The translations under genes were made by a program, and so were the position numbers. Under the pieces are notes generated by a model. That model worked only from the letters and a program-made list of their open reading frames with translations. It did no database searches and was not told the DNA's origin. From Candidatus Poribacteria bacterium (GTDB lineage: Bacteria; Poribacteria; WGA-4E; WGA-3G), in the NCBI GenBank assembly GCA_965205025.1, contig CBDBFU010000023.1:1-64000 (forward strand): 64,000 nt of DNA, in the 5' to 3' direction. Shown piece after piece: positions 41,359 through 52,249 of the stretch. Each line of letters starts with the position of its first letter. Position 1 is the stretch's first letter.

Positions 41359-42234
41359 TTGGAGACAACAATGACTAATAGTCCAATTTTAAAAGGTGAA
41401 CCTTTCAGTGAAGAGAAGACTTTAGAAATTGCAGAACAATTCTTCAAAGAGGGATATGTCCATATCCCTGGTGTTCTCACCGATAATGAAGTTTCTGCAT
41501 TAAGAGATAAGTCAGATGAATTATTTGATGATCCAGAATTGATGGAGAGAACTAATCCTGAACTGGCAGATGTACGTTATATCCAGATGGGGAGTCATGC
41601 AGAATCAGGTAATACACTCCCATTCATACTTCGAAACACAATTGAGCTTGATCCGATATTTCGTGATATGCTTCTCCGTGAACCTATACTCAGTCTTGCA
41701 GAAGCCATTGTAGGGAAGAATTGCAAATTTTGTGGACAGAATGTACTTAGAAATCTCCCTGGTCTTTCAATCAGTACTTGGCATGTGGATGGATCTGTTC
41801 ATTTTCCAGTAACAGATGAGATGCCACAACATGATCCACGTTTAAGGATGCCTGTAATGTGGTTCACCGTTCAAATGGCGTTAAATGACATTGACACTAT
41901 AGAAGAGGGACCGACACAATATGTCCCAGGTAGTCATTTCTCAGGAAGAAATCCTAACGATCAAGAAAATCCAGAATTTAATGGAAATAAACCTGTATCC
42001 ATCTTCTGTAAAGCAGGGGATATTTATCTACAAGATCCACAGTGTTGGCATCGTGGTGCCCCCAATAATTCTGATAAAACACGTTATATCCTCCAATCAC
42101 AGTATGCAGCATATTGGGCATATTGGCGATTTAGTTTATGTAATGATGTACCTGTTTCGGAAGAAGAGCTAAAATCAGCAGATGATGAATTGTTACGTTT
42201 GTTGGGTCGAAGTAGACCAAATGGTTCAGATTGA
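41359..42234 (+). CDS. PhyH family dioxygenase
   Basis: GYV.IPGVL, WHVD, GPT..VPGSH and AGD......WHRG..N motifs. Confidence 0.9.
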   Translation: METTMTNSPILKGEPFSEEKTLEIAEQFFKEGYVHIPGVLTDNEVSALRDKSDELFDDPELMERTNPELADVRYIQMGSHAESGNTLPFILRNTIELDPIFRDMLLREPILSLAEAIVGKNCKFCGQNVLRNLPGLSISTWHVDGSVHFPVTDEMPQHDPRLRMPVMWFTVQMALNDIDTIEEGPTQYVPGSHFSGRNPNDQENPEFNGNKPVSIFCKAGDIYLQDPQCWHRGAPNNSDKTRYILQSQYAAYWAYWRFSLCNDVPVSEEELKSADDELLRLLGRSRPNGSD

Positions 42235-42255
42235 GGTTATGTTAAGGACAAATCA

Positions 42256-43656
42256 ATGCCAGAAACACCCCTTCATTATAAGACGATTACTGAGCTTTCT
42301 GAATTAATCTCATCAAGAAAACTGTCTCCTGTTGAGTTGACTAATTCTATTCTACAACGAATAGATAAACATGATGACAGATTGAAAAGTTATGCTACGC
42401 TCATGACTGACCATGCATTGGATTCTGCCAAAAAAGCTGAACAGGAAATAATGGATGGTAAGTATAGAGGTTATCTACACGGTATTCCAATAGGTATAAA
42501 GGATCTTTGCTTTACCAAAGGTGTTAGAACTATGGGTGGTGCGAAAGTATTGGAGAACCATGTACCCACCTATAATAGTACAGTTGTCAATAAGTTGGAA
42601 TCTGCTGGGGCTGTAATCCTGGGTAAGTTAAATCTAACTGAAGGTGCAATGGGTGGTTATCATCCTGAATTCGACATCCCAATCAGTCCATGGAATCCTA
42701 ATAGATGGACAGGATCATCATCAAGCGGTTCTGGTGTTGCAACTTCTGCAGGTTTATGTACAGTTTCAATAGGAAGCGATACAGGTGGATCGATTCGATT
42801 TCCATCGGCTGCTTGTGGAATCGTTGGCATAAAACCTACATGGGGTAGAGTCAGTCGATTTGGCGTATTTGCACTCGCTGAATCTATGGATCATGTCGGT
42901 CCAATGACACGAAGTGTATCTGATGCTGCTATTTTATTAGAGACAATTTCTGGCTATGATGAGAATGACCCAACCTCATTACCCAATCCTGTACCCAATA
43001 TGCTTGAAGGTATCGGAAATGAAATAAATGGGATTCGAATTGGATTTGATAAACTCTATACAACTAAAGATGTAGATAATGAACTTGCAGATGCGGTATG
43101 TTTAGGTGTTGATATCTTAGAGGATTTAGGGGCAGAAATAGTAGAAGTTAAAATACCAGATATGGATGAATATGCCCTTGCATGGCCAACGATATGTACT
43201 GCTGAAGCAGTTTTAGCACATAAAGATACATATCCTTCAAGGCGTGATGAGTATGGACCTTGGTTTCAAGGTTGGCTTGATATGGGTGCTGGGATTACTG
43301 GGACACAATATGCTGAAGCAAATAACCTAAGAAATGAATGTTCAGGACACCTTAGAAGTGTTTTCAAAGATATAGATGTGTTAGTATGTCCATCAATGTC
43401 TGCCCCACCACACCCCGTCACTCCAGAATTGCTATATGGTCCAAAAGAAACCAGACCGGCAAGATTCCAGCGATTTACCGCTCCTTTTGATTTCAATGGA
43501 GCACCAACCCTCTCTGTACCATGTGGTATGACAGAAGATGGATTACCATTAAGTATTCAGTTTGTAGGTAAACATTTATGTGAACCGTTATTATGTCTGG
43601 TTGGATTTGCCTACGAAAATGCAACTGAATGGCACAAACTTCATCCAGAAATCTAA
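42256..43656 (+). CDS. Amidase signature family protein (GatA-like)
   Basis: KD, GSSSGS and GSDTGGSIRFP motifs. Confidence 0.92.
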   Translation: MPETPLHYKTITELSELISSRKLSPVELTNSILQRIDKHDDRLKSYATLMTDHALDSAKKAEQEIMDGKYRGYLHGIPIGIKDLCFTKGVRTMGGAKVLENHVPTYNSTVVNKLESAGAVILGKLNLTEGAMGGYHPEFDIPISPWNPNRWTGSSSSGSGVATSAGLCTVSIGSDTGGSIRFPSAACGIVGIKPTWGRVSRFGVFALAESMDHVGPMTRSVSDAAILLETISGYDENDPTSLPNPVPNMLEGIGNEINGIRIGFDKLYTTKDVDNELADAVCLGVDILEDLGAEIVEVKIPDMDEYALAWPTICTAEAVLAHKDTYPSRRDEYGPWFQGWLDMGAGITGTQYAEANNLRNECSGHLRSVFKDIDVLVCPSMSAPPHPVTPELLYGPKETRPARFQRFTAPFDFNGAPTLSVPCGMTEDGLPLSIQFVGKHLCEPLLCLVGFAYENATEWHKLHPEI

Positions 43657-43673
43657 ACTAAAACTAAATAAGA

Positions 43674-44621
43674 TCATTTCTGTGGTAGATGATACCCATC
43701 AATCCCTACCTCTATCCTTAGTAGACTTCCACCTGCAGTAATGTAGAGATTTTTGCTTGCATCCCCACGTCCAAATGCGACATTCGTTGGTAATTCAGGT
43801 GTATTGATGAAACCTAATTCCTCTCCATCTGGAGCATATATGCCAATTCCAAATCGTGTTGCATCCCGAACAGCAACATACAAATTACCTTCGACATCAA
43901 CTTCAAATCCATCTGGACCGTGTTCTGGTGCATAGTCCACGAGGGTTTCACGATACGTTGCAGTTCCATCAGATGACAAATCATAGGCAAGGAGTGCCAT
44001 TCTACCCATACATGTAGGTAATTCATCTGGCATTTCTCTCAACGAACCACTATCATTACTACCGACATATAGAGTTTTCTGGTCAGGAGAAACTGCGATT
44101 CCGTTCGGTTTTCCAGAATCCGCAATGACTAATTCAATAGATCCATCAGTATCAATTCTATATACTCCCATCACAGGTTGTTCAACCGGTTCATGTCCAA
44201 CATACCTTGGATCTGTAAAATAGATTCTACCTTTCTCATCAATAGTCAAGTCGTTTGGTGAATTGAAAGGTCTACCTTCAAATATTCCTGCGATAATATC
44301 ACTTTTTCCAGTATTCATATCGGTACGTGTAATTCGTCTTCCACCAAAATCTGCACCTTCAGCAACAACTAATCGGCCGTATGCATCAAACTTCATGCCG
44401 TTGGACATTCCACTTGGGGAACGGAATACAGACGTCTCACCTGTTGATGGGTCGTATTTCATGATATGTCCAGCTTGCATATCCGCTTGGTGTGTGAATG
44501 TAATATCACTGAAATAGACTGTTCCATTATGTGCGACAGTCGGTCCCTCAGTGAAATGTGCTTGATTATATACCTCTTCTAACACAGAATCTTGTGGGAA
44601 TACACTATCAGATTTCGCCAT
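43674..44621 (-). CDS. SMP-30/gluconolactonase family protein
   Basis: EGP, NSPND, YFTDP, PNGIA.SPD and PDG...D.EGNLY motifs. Confidence 0.92.
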   Translation of the reverse strand: MAKSDSVFPQDSVLEEVYNQAHFTEGPTVAHNGTVYFSDITFTHQADMQAGHIMKYDPSTGETSVFRSPSGMSNGMKFDAYGRLVVAEGADFGGRRITRTDMNTGKSDIIAGIFEGRPFNSPNDLTIDEKGRIYFTDPRYVGHEPVEQPVMGVYRIDTDGSIELVIADSGKPNGIAVSPDQKTLYVGSNDSGSLREMPDELPTCMGRMALLAYDLSSDGTATYRETLVDYAPEHGPDGFEVDVEGNLYVAVRDATRFGIGIYAPDGEELGFINTPELPTNVAFGRGDASKNLYITAGGSLLRIEVGIDGYHLPQK

Positions 44622-44658
44622 ATCTACTCCTATGAAATTTAGTTGTAATCAAATTGAG

Positions 44659-45677
44659 TTAACCCATCGGATGAGGACCGTTGGTATTTACATTATGTCG
44701 GGCATGCGCGTAAACAGCATCTTGTATTTCAAGTATTCGCACTGCATCTTCTACCGATGGTACAAATGAATGTCCATTTTGTATTGCATCGAATGCCATA
44801 TTCATAATCCCCACGGATTCTCTCTCCATGTGGTATATCTTCATAAAATTCAACACCATCAGTTGTATGAACTTCTATAAGTGGTTCACCCTTTTTTCCA
44901 TATTGCTCAAAAACAGATGCCTTGGTTCCAATAAACCTAAAGAAATGATCTCCACCCCGTCTTCCTGCTGGATAGGTGTATCCAGATTCAATAATTCCTG
45001 TAGTACCACTTTCAGTTCTTAAGACACCTATACCACTATCTTCTACAATCCTACTATACATGGAATTAGACATGACACCTCCTACAACACTAATTTCCTG
45101 ATCACCAACAAATTGAAGGAATGTGTCTATACCGTGTGCAGCCTCAACTGCCCAACAACCACCACCTGAAATTACCGGATCATTATGCCAGTATGATGGT
45201 GTAGGGTCGTATCTGGAAGGTGGACCATTATTTAATCTACTGTTATAAAGAACAAGGTCACCAAAATCTCCCTGTGCTATCAACTCAGAGACGATATTGA
45301 CAACACGACTTGCTCTATTTGGTAGTACAAGTGCACTGAATACACTATGTTTCTCAGATTCTTCTGCGACAGGTCTGAGACTCTCAGCGGAATCAGCAAA
45401 AGGTTTATCTAATAGATACGGAATTCGTCTAACAACACATGCTTGAATGTGAGAAGGCATCTCTGTATGCTTTCCCAGCAACAAGAGCAACTTCAGGTTT
45501 TGTAGCATCAAGACATCCAGCTGCAGAATCGTATGCTGGACACTGAAAGTCGTTAGCTAATTGTTCACGCGGAGTGTGTTCAGCATCCATCACTCCAATA
45601 ATTTCATGTCCGAGTGATTCTGCTGTCTTAGCCATGCTACGTCCATGATGACTATAAGAGAGAACTGCTATTTTCAT
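44659..45677 (-). CDS. Gfo/Idh/MocA oxidoreductase (two homopolymer frameshifts, near 45473 and 44810)
   Basis: Three ORF pieces join after removing one A and one G; DKP and SGGG.....H.ID motifs. Confidence 0.78.
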
Positions 45678-45750
45678 TATAATAGCTCGTTTTTAGTATT
45701 CACCAATGTTTTCAATTCTTTATTCCCTGGGTGATTAACTTCGATGTAAT

Positions 45751-46129
45751 TTAGTTTTCGATTGAATCTTCATGTATTATATGTGTAGATGATTTAAGCT
45801 TATGTGTGATAAGTGCGTACAAACTGATTCCTGTCCTTGAAGCTTCATTTGTTAAGGCATAAAATAAATCCGGTTCAATGGGTATATTATATGGTCTAAC
45901 GTGCCCATTTTTTAATGTAGGTTTTGGAATATGTTCTCCATCGTTTGCATAACATTCTTTCATTAATTCCCATGCACTCTTTAACTCTTCTAACGCTTCG
46001 TTAGGCGTAGATCCGAAAGCTGAGACCATTAGGAAGTTCTACCAGATGTGCCAAGTAATCACCATCCTCATCATAAAAGACATTTACTATGAAACCATCA
46101 AAATCATCGGAATTATTCTTCATTTTCAT
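45751..46129 (-). CDS. hicB: HicB family antitoxin (frameshift near 46028)
   Basis: DEDGDYLA..VELP.VSAFGSTP.EAL..L motif and C-terminal RHH-like segment. Confidence 0.85.
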
Positions 46130-46359
46130 TCTCCAAAGCATAATGTTTGAGAAATTGTCGGACTTGATACCCTTTTGCCATAGATTTATTCGGTTGAATA
46201 ACCAAACGGAACCCATTCGGTGAGTACCATATACGATGGCTACCCTTCTGCCGGCGTTGAGTCCAGTTATATTGTTGAAGTAGTTGTTCAAATTCTCGAA
46301 ATTTTAGTCCATTAGGATTTCGATGTGCCTTGTTAATCAATTCCTCTCTTTTGATTCAT
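46113..46359 (-). CDS. hicA: HicA family mRNA interferase toxin
   Basis: NP..LKF.E, KGSH and AK.YQVRQ motifs; ATG at 46359 is in frame after removing one A. Confidence 0.87.
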
Positions 46360-46474
46360 AAGAATGTTTGTTATTAACTGGAAACTACAAATGTTTATTC
46401 ATTCTATCAAAGGAAAATTTATACTTCAATATCTGTTTTTTTCAATTGTTCCAATGCACACAAAGGTCTTTGAA

Positions 46475-47389
46475 TTAACCGGTAGCATAATCATCAGGAT
46501 TGTTCTTACGCCAATTAGGCAGATATCCTTCTGTGTGTCCGAATCCATAAGAAGGTCCAATTTGGTTCACACTTGACCAGGGCCATGCCTGCCCTCCAAT
46601 TAAACGAAATTCATCACCTTTTCCACATAACCAATAGAACATATGTGCAACATATCTTGCTATACCATGTCCACCATATTCTGCTGTTTGAAAATCGAAA
46701 TCAGGTTCATGTATCCAATCACGATTTGGCTTCTCAGTTCGCCAATAACTGTATTTCAACATATGTCTTAATCCAGATGCTGTTGATTCACCACGACGAT
46801 GTAAAATACTTTGGGAGTGAATGACAAATGATCCAGCAGGTCCATCACTTGAGACACCTTTCTCAGTTATATCACGATGTGTTGGTGAAATATGTGATCC
46901 GGGTAATATCTCTGTCGGTCCCAATTCCATAGAAGTATCTTGTGGAAAATAAAACACTTCGACGAAGTTTGTTTCAGGACCAAATACGTGATCGGCATCG
47001 TGATGCCATTCTTGTGCAGGCATTGGACATTCTACACGGTGATTACTAACTAAAACTGGTAGACCAACATTATTACCAAGTAATGAACGTAATGCTCCAG
47101 CGAGTTCCTTATTCAGAAGCACATGCTCAATATACCAATCTTCAAGTAGAAGAGTACTGGGTTCGTGTGTATCTCTCATCCTTTCTAAATCAGCATGTGT
47201 CAATCCTTTTGGGATATAACAAGGATTTATAGGTAAATCACCGTTTAGATAATCAAAAGTACGTTGGTTAATCTCTTCTGGGACAACACCCTTTAATTGG
47301 AGAAAACCATCACGGCAATATTGGAGTACCTGTGAGTCGGTGAGTGTCGGTTGACAATCAAAAGTACGATTTGTTTTATCATATTTCAT
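46475..47389 (-). CDS. PhyH family dioxygenase
   Basis: WHHDAD, GPTEILPGSH and AGS......ILHR motifs. Confidence 0.87.
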   Translation of the reverse strand: MKYDKTNRTFDCQPTLTDSQVLQYCRDGFLQLKGVVPEEINQRTFDYLNGDLPINPCYIPKGLTHADLERMRDTHEPSTLLLEDWYIEHVLLNKELAGALRSLLGNNVGLPVLVSNHRVECPMPAQEWHHDADHVFGPETNFVEVFYFPQDTSMELGPTEILPGSHISPTHRDITEKGVSSDGPAGSFVIHSQSILHRRGESTASGLRHMLKYSYWRTEKPNRDWIHEPDFDFQTAEYGGHGIARYVAHMFYWLCGKGDEFRLIGGQAWPWSSVNQIGPSYGFGHTEGYLPNWRKNNPDDYATG

Positions 47390-47416
47390 AACTGTATACC
47401 TATTATATTCTCTTAT

Positions 47417-48850
47417 CTAAACATTATCTATAGTATGTGGTTCCATTCCAAGTTTCAAATAGGATTCAGGAGTAGGAAATATCTTTCCAGGATTACAGAG
47501 TCCTGTCGGATTAAAAATCCCCTTAACATTTGCCATTACTTGTAAATCTGCTGGACTGAAGATAAGAGGCATATAATCCATTTTCTCCACACCAATCCCA
47601 TGTTCTCCGGTTATTGTACCGCCGACTTCAGCACATACTGTCAAGATTTCTTTGTTAACATGCTCCACTCGTTCACATTGGTCAGCATCACGTTCATCGA
47701 ACAATACTATTGGATGGATATTTCCATCACCAGCATGGAAAACATTGGCAATTGCAATTTGATATTTTTCAGAGATCTCTGAGATACGTCTTAATACCTT
47801 TGGAAGTGTCGTACGTGGTACAACCCCGTCCTGTGTAATATAGTTTGGAGCTAATCTTCCAAATGATCCAAATGCGCTCTTTCTTGCTTTCCAGAGTTCT
47901 TGACGTTCTGCATCATCTTTGGCATAGTTCACTTCACGTGCATTAAATTCATTAAAAATCTTGATAATTTTGTCAGTTTGATTCTGCATTCCAGCTTTAA
48001 TTCCATCAAGTTCGACAATTAGAATTGCCTCAGCATCTAATGGAAAACCGAATTTGAAAGCATCTTCTAACGCTTGTATCACCAAACTATCCATCATCTC
48101 AAGTGCAGCCGGGATAATTCCTGCACCAATTATGGTTGATACCGCATTAGATGCATCATCCATACTATCAAAAACTGCCATCGCTGTTTGATAGGATTGA
48201 GGATTTCTGGTTAGTCTAACTGTAGCTTTCGTTACAATTCCAAACGTGCCTTCTGAACCAATTAATACACCACGTAGATCGTAACCTATTACTTCCTCTA
48301 CTTCTCCGCCAAATTCAAGTATCTCACCATCAGGCATGACGACCTCCATCCCAAGAATATGGTCTGAAGTAACACCATACTTCAGGGTATGAGGACCACC
48401 TGAATTTTCAGCTATGTTCCCACCGATTGTGCATGCTTTTTGACTTGAGGGATCAGGAGCATAATGGTACCCTTGGTCCTGAACGGCTTGAGATAAAAGT
48501 AAATTCACAACCCCCGGTTCTATCACTGCTCGTTCATTTTCAATATCAATCTCAAGAATACGGTCCATTCTATTCAAAGCAATGATAATTCCACCCTTGA
48601 CTGATAGCATTCCCCCACTTAATCCTGTACCACCACCTCTTGCGATAAATGGTGTATTGTACTTATTCGCTATTTTGACAATATCAGAGACCTGTTGTGA
48701 TGTATCAGCGAATACAACAACATCAGGCATTGCTTTAAAAGAAGGTGCAGCATCACATTCATAAACAGAAAGGGCAGTCGTGTCTGTTAATACATTCTTT
48801 GAACCTAAAAGTTCGGTGAGATCAGATATAAGTTGTTCCTTATGTTCCAC
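47417..48850 (-). CDS. glcD: FAD-linked oxidase, glycolate oxidase GlcD-like
   Basis: RGGGTGLSGG, PDPSS, GGPHTLKYG, HAGDGNIHP, GEHGIG and NPGK motifs. Confidence 0.88.
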   Translation of the reverse strand: MEHKEQLISDLTELLGSKNVLTDTTALSVYECDAAPSFKAMPDVVVFADTSQQVSDIVKIANKYNTPFIARGGGTGLSGGMLSVKGGIIIALNRMDRILEIDIENERAVIEPGVVNLLLSQAVQDQGYHYAPDPSSQKACTIGGNIAENSGGPHTLKYGVTSDHILGMEVVMPDGEILEFGGEVEEVIGYDLRGVLIGSEGTFGIVTKATVRLTRNPQSYQTAMAVFDSMDDASNAVSTIIGAGIIPAALEMMDSLVIQALEDAFKFGFPLDAEAILIVELDGIKAGMQNQTDKIIKIFNEFNAREVNYAKDDAERQELWKARKSAFGSFGRLAPNYITQDGVVPRTTLPKVLRRISEISEKYQIAIANVFHAGDGNIHPIVLFDERDADQCERVEHVNKEILTVCAEVGGTITGEHGIGVEKMDYMPLIFSPADLQVMANVKGIFNPTGLCNPGKIFPTPESYLKLGMEPHTIDNV

Positions 48851-48954
48851 TTAAATAACCTAAAAAATCTGAGATTCTTATATATTCAGATTACCACATT
48901 TCTCTTTATATGTCCAATATGTTAACCAAGAGGGCTCCATAAATAATTTGTCAC

Positions 48955-49395
48955 TATAGGCGTCAATTTAAAAGCTTAGACTCTTCTGTAGGAGGGGATT
49001 CCGATTCCCGATCTTTCCTCACCCCAGATGAAGTTAAAAAAATAAAATAGGTAATTTGGACCCAGAGGCTGGTAGGTGCGGTTTCCTAACCGTACTATAG
49101 GCGTCAATTTTAGACTATGATTTATTGGTTTTGAGTCCCGTAGGGACGGAATGTCTATAGAAAACGCGTTTATGCACTTTCTTGAGTCCCGTAGGGACGG
49201 AATGTTTATAGAAGTCGTTATCACCAATATCCCAAGCCCCAGCGGGGCGAAAGGTGTGTAGAAAACGTGAAAACACAAAACAATAAGCCCAGCGGGGCGA
49301 AAGGTGTATCCTAAATTGACGCCTATGGTGCGGTTTCCTAACCGTACCGGATTCTACAAGAAACTGGAAATTACCCGAATAAATTCTTTTAAGAT
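48955..49395. repeat. Nested MITE/REP cluster
   Basis: ATAGGCGTCAATTT ends; degenerate family B ends (about 49028 and 49369-49393); a duplicated REP; four ~51-bp tandem units. Confidence 0.8.
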
Positions 49396-49705
49396 TCTCC
49401 TCGGTGTCGTCGGTGAGCCGATGTAGATTGCTACCATCGTTATTAATAATATATACGGCGGACTTTTGCAGCTGCCTCGGTTCCACCGGCAGAAGTTTCC
49501 TAAAAGCAATCTGCTGACCATCCGGAGACCAAACAGGCCACCAGGCACTATATGCTCCGATCCTTTGGAGATTATTACCGTCATCATCCATCACATAGAG
49601 ACCGCCACCGGTGCGTACAGAACGATACGATAAAAAAACGATTTTTGCGGGTGCCAAACTCGGTAAGAATAACAGGAACAAGCAGTAGCAGAGGAGACGT
49701 TGCAT
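49396..49705 (-). pseudogene. 3'-truncated TolB-like PD40 protein
   Basis: Signal peptide, LYVMDDDG, WSPDGQQIAF; homology ends where the repeat cluster begins. Confidence 0.75.
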
Positions 49706-49816
49706 AAAACTTGTTTACCTCCATTTTACAGTAGATTTTCCAATGCCCTTGATATTGACGTGCTGTCGGAGAGAATCGAAACGCTCTCCGACAGAGGATA
49801 CTGATCAATCATGAGA

Positions 49817-50076
49817 CTACTTATCTTCAACCCAGACTTTATAGGAATCCCAGTAAACACTTCCATCCCACCGGTAAACATAGGCGGTGATTTCGTAGGA
49901 TATGCCTCCCGCAGGCACATCATCCGGGAAACACGAGTAGGTCATCTTCGCATTAGCCAGATTATCTGGGCATGATCATCTTTGGCTAACCACGCAAAAA
50001 CGGGAAAACATGACCATAACGTAACAAAAAATATAAAAATATAGGTCGTGAGTTTGGATATAAATGATCTAAACAT
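49817..50076 (-). pseudogene. Frameshifted or internally deleted secreted protein, positional equivalent of 18282
   Basis: MFRSFISK...PVFA signal peptide, frame change near 49970, then ...YEITAYVYRWDGSVYWDSYKVWVEDK*. Confidence 0.5.
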
Positions 50077-50146
50077 TTGGTTTCTCTTTCATTATTATAA
50101 TAGGATATGCCAAAAAAGCATATCGTAAAGTTTATCGGGGTCCTAA

Positions 50147-50271
50147 TACCATTTCTGGTAATTAAAGTCTCATTAATAGATCTCTTTAATGTAGCACAAA
50201 CTTCCAGTTTGTGCAGTATTTCAAGCCATACATAACAAAAGTTGATGGGATAAACATTTTTAGAATTGGTA
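50147..50271. mobile_element. MITE family A, empty copy
   Basis: TACCATTTCT...AGAATTGGTA; 5' half nearly identical to 34176. Confidence 0.85.
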
Positions 50272-50846
50272 TTATATTTAAACTCTCAAAATAAATGTCG
50301 AGAAGGGGTCCATCTTGAAAGTTTATATTTAAACGTTCAAGATTCGGAATACAATGTTCTGTGCTGTTTGCCTCAACACCACCAAACAACAAAAACCCGC
50401 AACGAGGCAAAGCCGGCGTCCAGGCGCGAAAATATCGCAGATTAAATTCAGCGATAAGAAATTATGACGTAAAAATATTAACGAATGTATCGTCGAGAGG
50501 GGGTAGTTAAAACCAGCCTTAAAAACATCGCATACACAAAAATCTTGATCAGATGAAAGATATCTGATGCATTTATTTCTGATTAGCAATTTCATTTTTA
50601 TTTTGGACTTTAGCATAAAATTTGTATTTTTTTGCAGGCAATTTAAAGCAATGAATTCAACATATGTTTACAAACAGAATAGACACACTGGTATGAATGT
50701 GAAACCTTATCTAAATTTATTTGATGATGTAAATGTCAGATGTTATAATTAACATATCTTGTGAGTTGAAATATATACTCCAACTCAATATTAGAGTAAA
50801 CTAACAATCAATCGTGTCTATAGTCATGCATTAAAAAGGAGTAAAA

Positions 50847-51626
50847 ATGCGTTTAATTTGTCTGATATTAGGAATTACTTTCTCAATTACTTTACTGTTA
50901 CCCCAAATTAGTACAGCAAAAATTGATCCAGAAACTGCTGCCGGAGTTTGGCTGTTCGATGAGGGTGCTGGTGATGATGCAGTCGATTCATCTGGGAAAG
51001 AAAACCACGGAAAGATCAATGGAGCTAAATGGAAGGATGGTAAATTTGGAGAAGCCCTTGAATTCGATGGTGCACATTCGGTTTCAATTGAATCTACACC
51101 AGATTTACAATTAGGTGAACAACATACCATGATGGCTTGGTTTTATGCTAAAGATATTACCACATGGCGACAACTTATTGCTAAGAACAATGAATATCTT
51201 TTACGGATTGATCCACCACAAGAAGGTAATAAAATGTCCTCGTTTGTTCATCTAGGTGGATGGGAACCCAGAGCTTCTGCAAGTGTTCCAGACACAGATA
51301 CCTGGATTCATTTTGCAGCTACTTACGATAAGTCAGCAAACAATAACCAGCTTAACGTATATGTTAATGGTAAACAAGCCGGGGCAAGCACACGTCCTGG
51401 GAATCCTGCTGGAAATGCTGATCCAGTTACCATAGGAACATGGAATGGTGGATCATTCTTTGTCGGAATTATTGATGAAGTCGCAATCTTTAAAGCTATA
51501 TTAACAGAAGCGGATCTTCAGACCATTATGGATAATGGGTTAGATAAAGCATTAGGCGGTGTTGCTGCTGTTGATGCCAATGAGAAATTGGCGACCACAT
51601 GGGCAAACCTGAAATCTGATAATTAA
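50847..51626 (+). CDS. Secreted LamG-like jellyroll protein
   Basis: Signal peptide; WLFDEG.G, GKFG.ALEFDG and G.IDEVAIF motifs; tail VDANEKLATTWANLK. Confidence 0.9.
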   Translation: MRLICLILGITFSITLLLPQISTAKIDPETAAGVWLFDEGAGDDAVDSSGKENHGKINGAKWKDGKFGEALEFDGAHSVSIESTPDLQLGEQHTMMAWFYAKDITTWRQLIAKNNEYLLRIDPPQEGNKMSSFVHLGGWEPRASASVPDTDTWIHFAATYDKSANNNQLNVYVNGKQAGASTRPGNPAGNADPVTIGTWNGGSFFVGIIDEVAIFKAILTEADLQTIMDNGLDKALGGVAAVDANEKLATTWANLKSDN

Positions 51627-51645
51627 TTTTAATATAATTCCACTA

Positions 51646-51683
51646 AACAAGGACAGAAGGTAAAATTCTGTCCTTGTTCTTTT
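51646..51683 (+). terminator. Intrinsic terminator
   Basis: AACAAGGACAGAA/TTCTGTCCTTGTT stem followed by CTTTT. Confidence 0.8.
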
Positions 51684-51795
51684 AAATGTAAAAATATTGA
51701 AGAAAATCAAACCATAACACAACTAAAGATATAAAATAATTGAAATTAGACTGAAAAACAAGTAACAGAAGTAAATATACTATAGAATAATATCA

Positions 51796-51909
51796 TACCA
51801 TTTCTAATTGAAGATGTCTCTTTTTTGTAGCACAAACTTTCCAGTTTGTGGCGTATTAGATTACATTTCACAAAAACCTGTAATGCGAACCCATTTTTTA
51901 GAAATGGTA
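51796..51909. mobile_element. MITE family A, empty copy
   Basis: TACCATTTCT...AGAAATGGTA with TCA TSD; 5' half matches 12104. Confidence 0.85.
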
Positions 51910-51928
51910 TCACATAAAAAACTTTTGC

Positions 51929-51958
51929 TTGACAAATATATTTTTATTATGTTACTAT
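51929..51958 (+). promoter_or_regulatory. Sigma70-type promoter with no adjacent intact gene
   Basis: TTGACA-18-TACTAT with extended -10 TG. Confidence 0.5.
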
Positions 51959-52249
51959 ATATATCACAATAAAAGTATAACAAAAAATTTGTTATGAAAC
52001 TTTCATAACAGTTATGAAAAGGAAATTACAATCTGATACACCTACAAACCTATACCAGAACAGGATTCAGAACACTTCAAACAAGAACAAAGTATGAATT
52101 TTTAAAAAAAATAAAAAAACTAACATTTTTTTAGTATATCTACAAACCCTTTCTAGGACTGACTTTAGAGCAGTTTAAAACATGCTGCTTAATAATTGTG
52201 TTATGAAAATAAAATTATGGTATATCTCATAAATATGAATCGTTATTAC

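Noticed and set aside
49133-49308. CRISPR array
   Set aside because: Only four units, the repeat changes halfway, spacers are about 20 bp, there are no cas genes, and the units recur as dispersed repeats inside MITEs.
48976-49395. ORF 48976..49278 and the C-terminal half of ORF 49115..49705
   Set aside because: Read-through of REP/MITE DNA; the repeated IPSLRDS peptide mirrors the DNA repeat.
50380-50460. c-di-GMP-I riboswitch (GGCAAAGCC)
   Set aside because: The GNRA-capped P2 stem and second conserved block are not recognisable.
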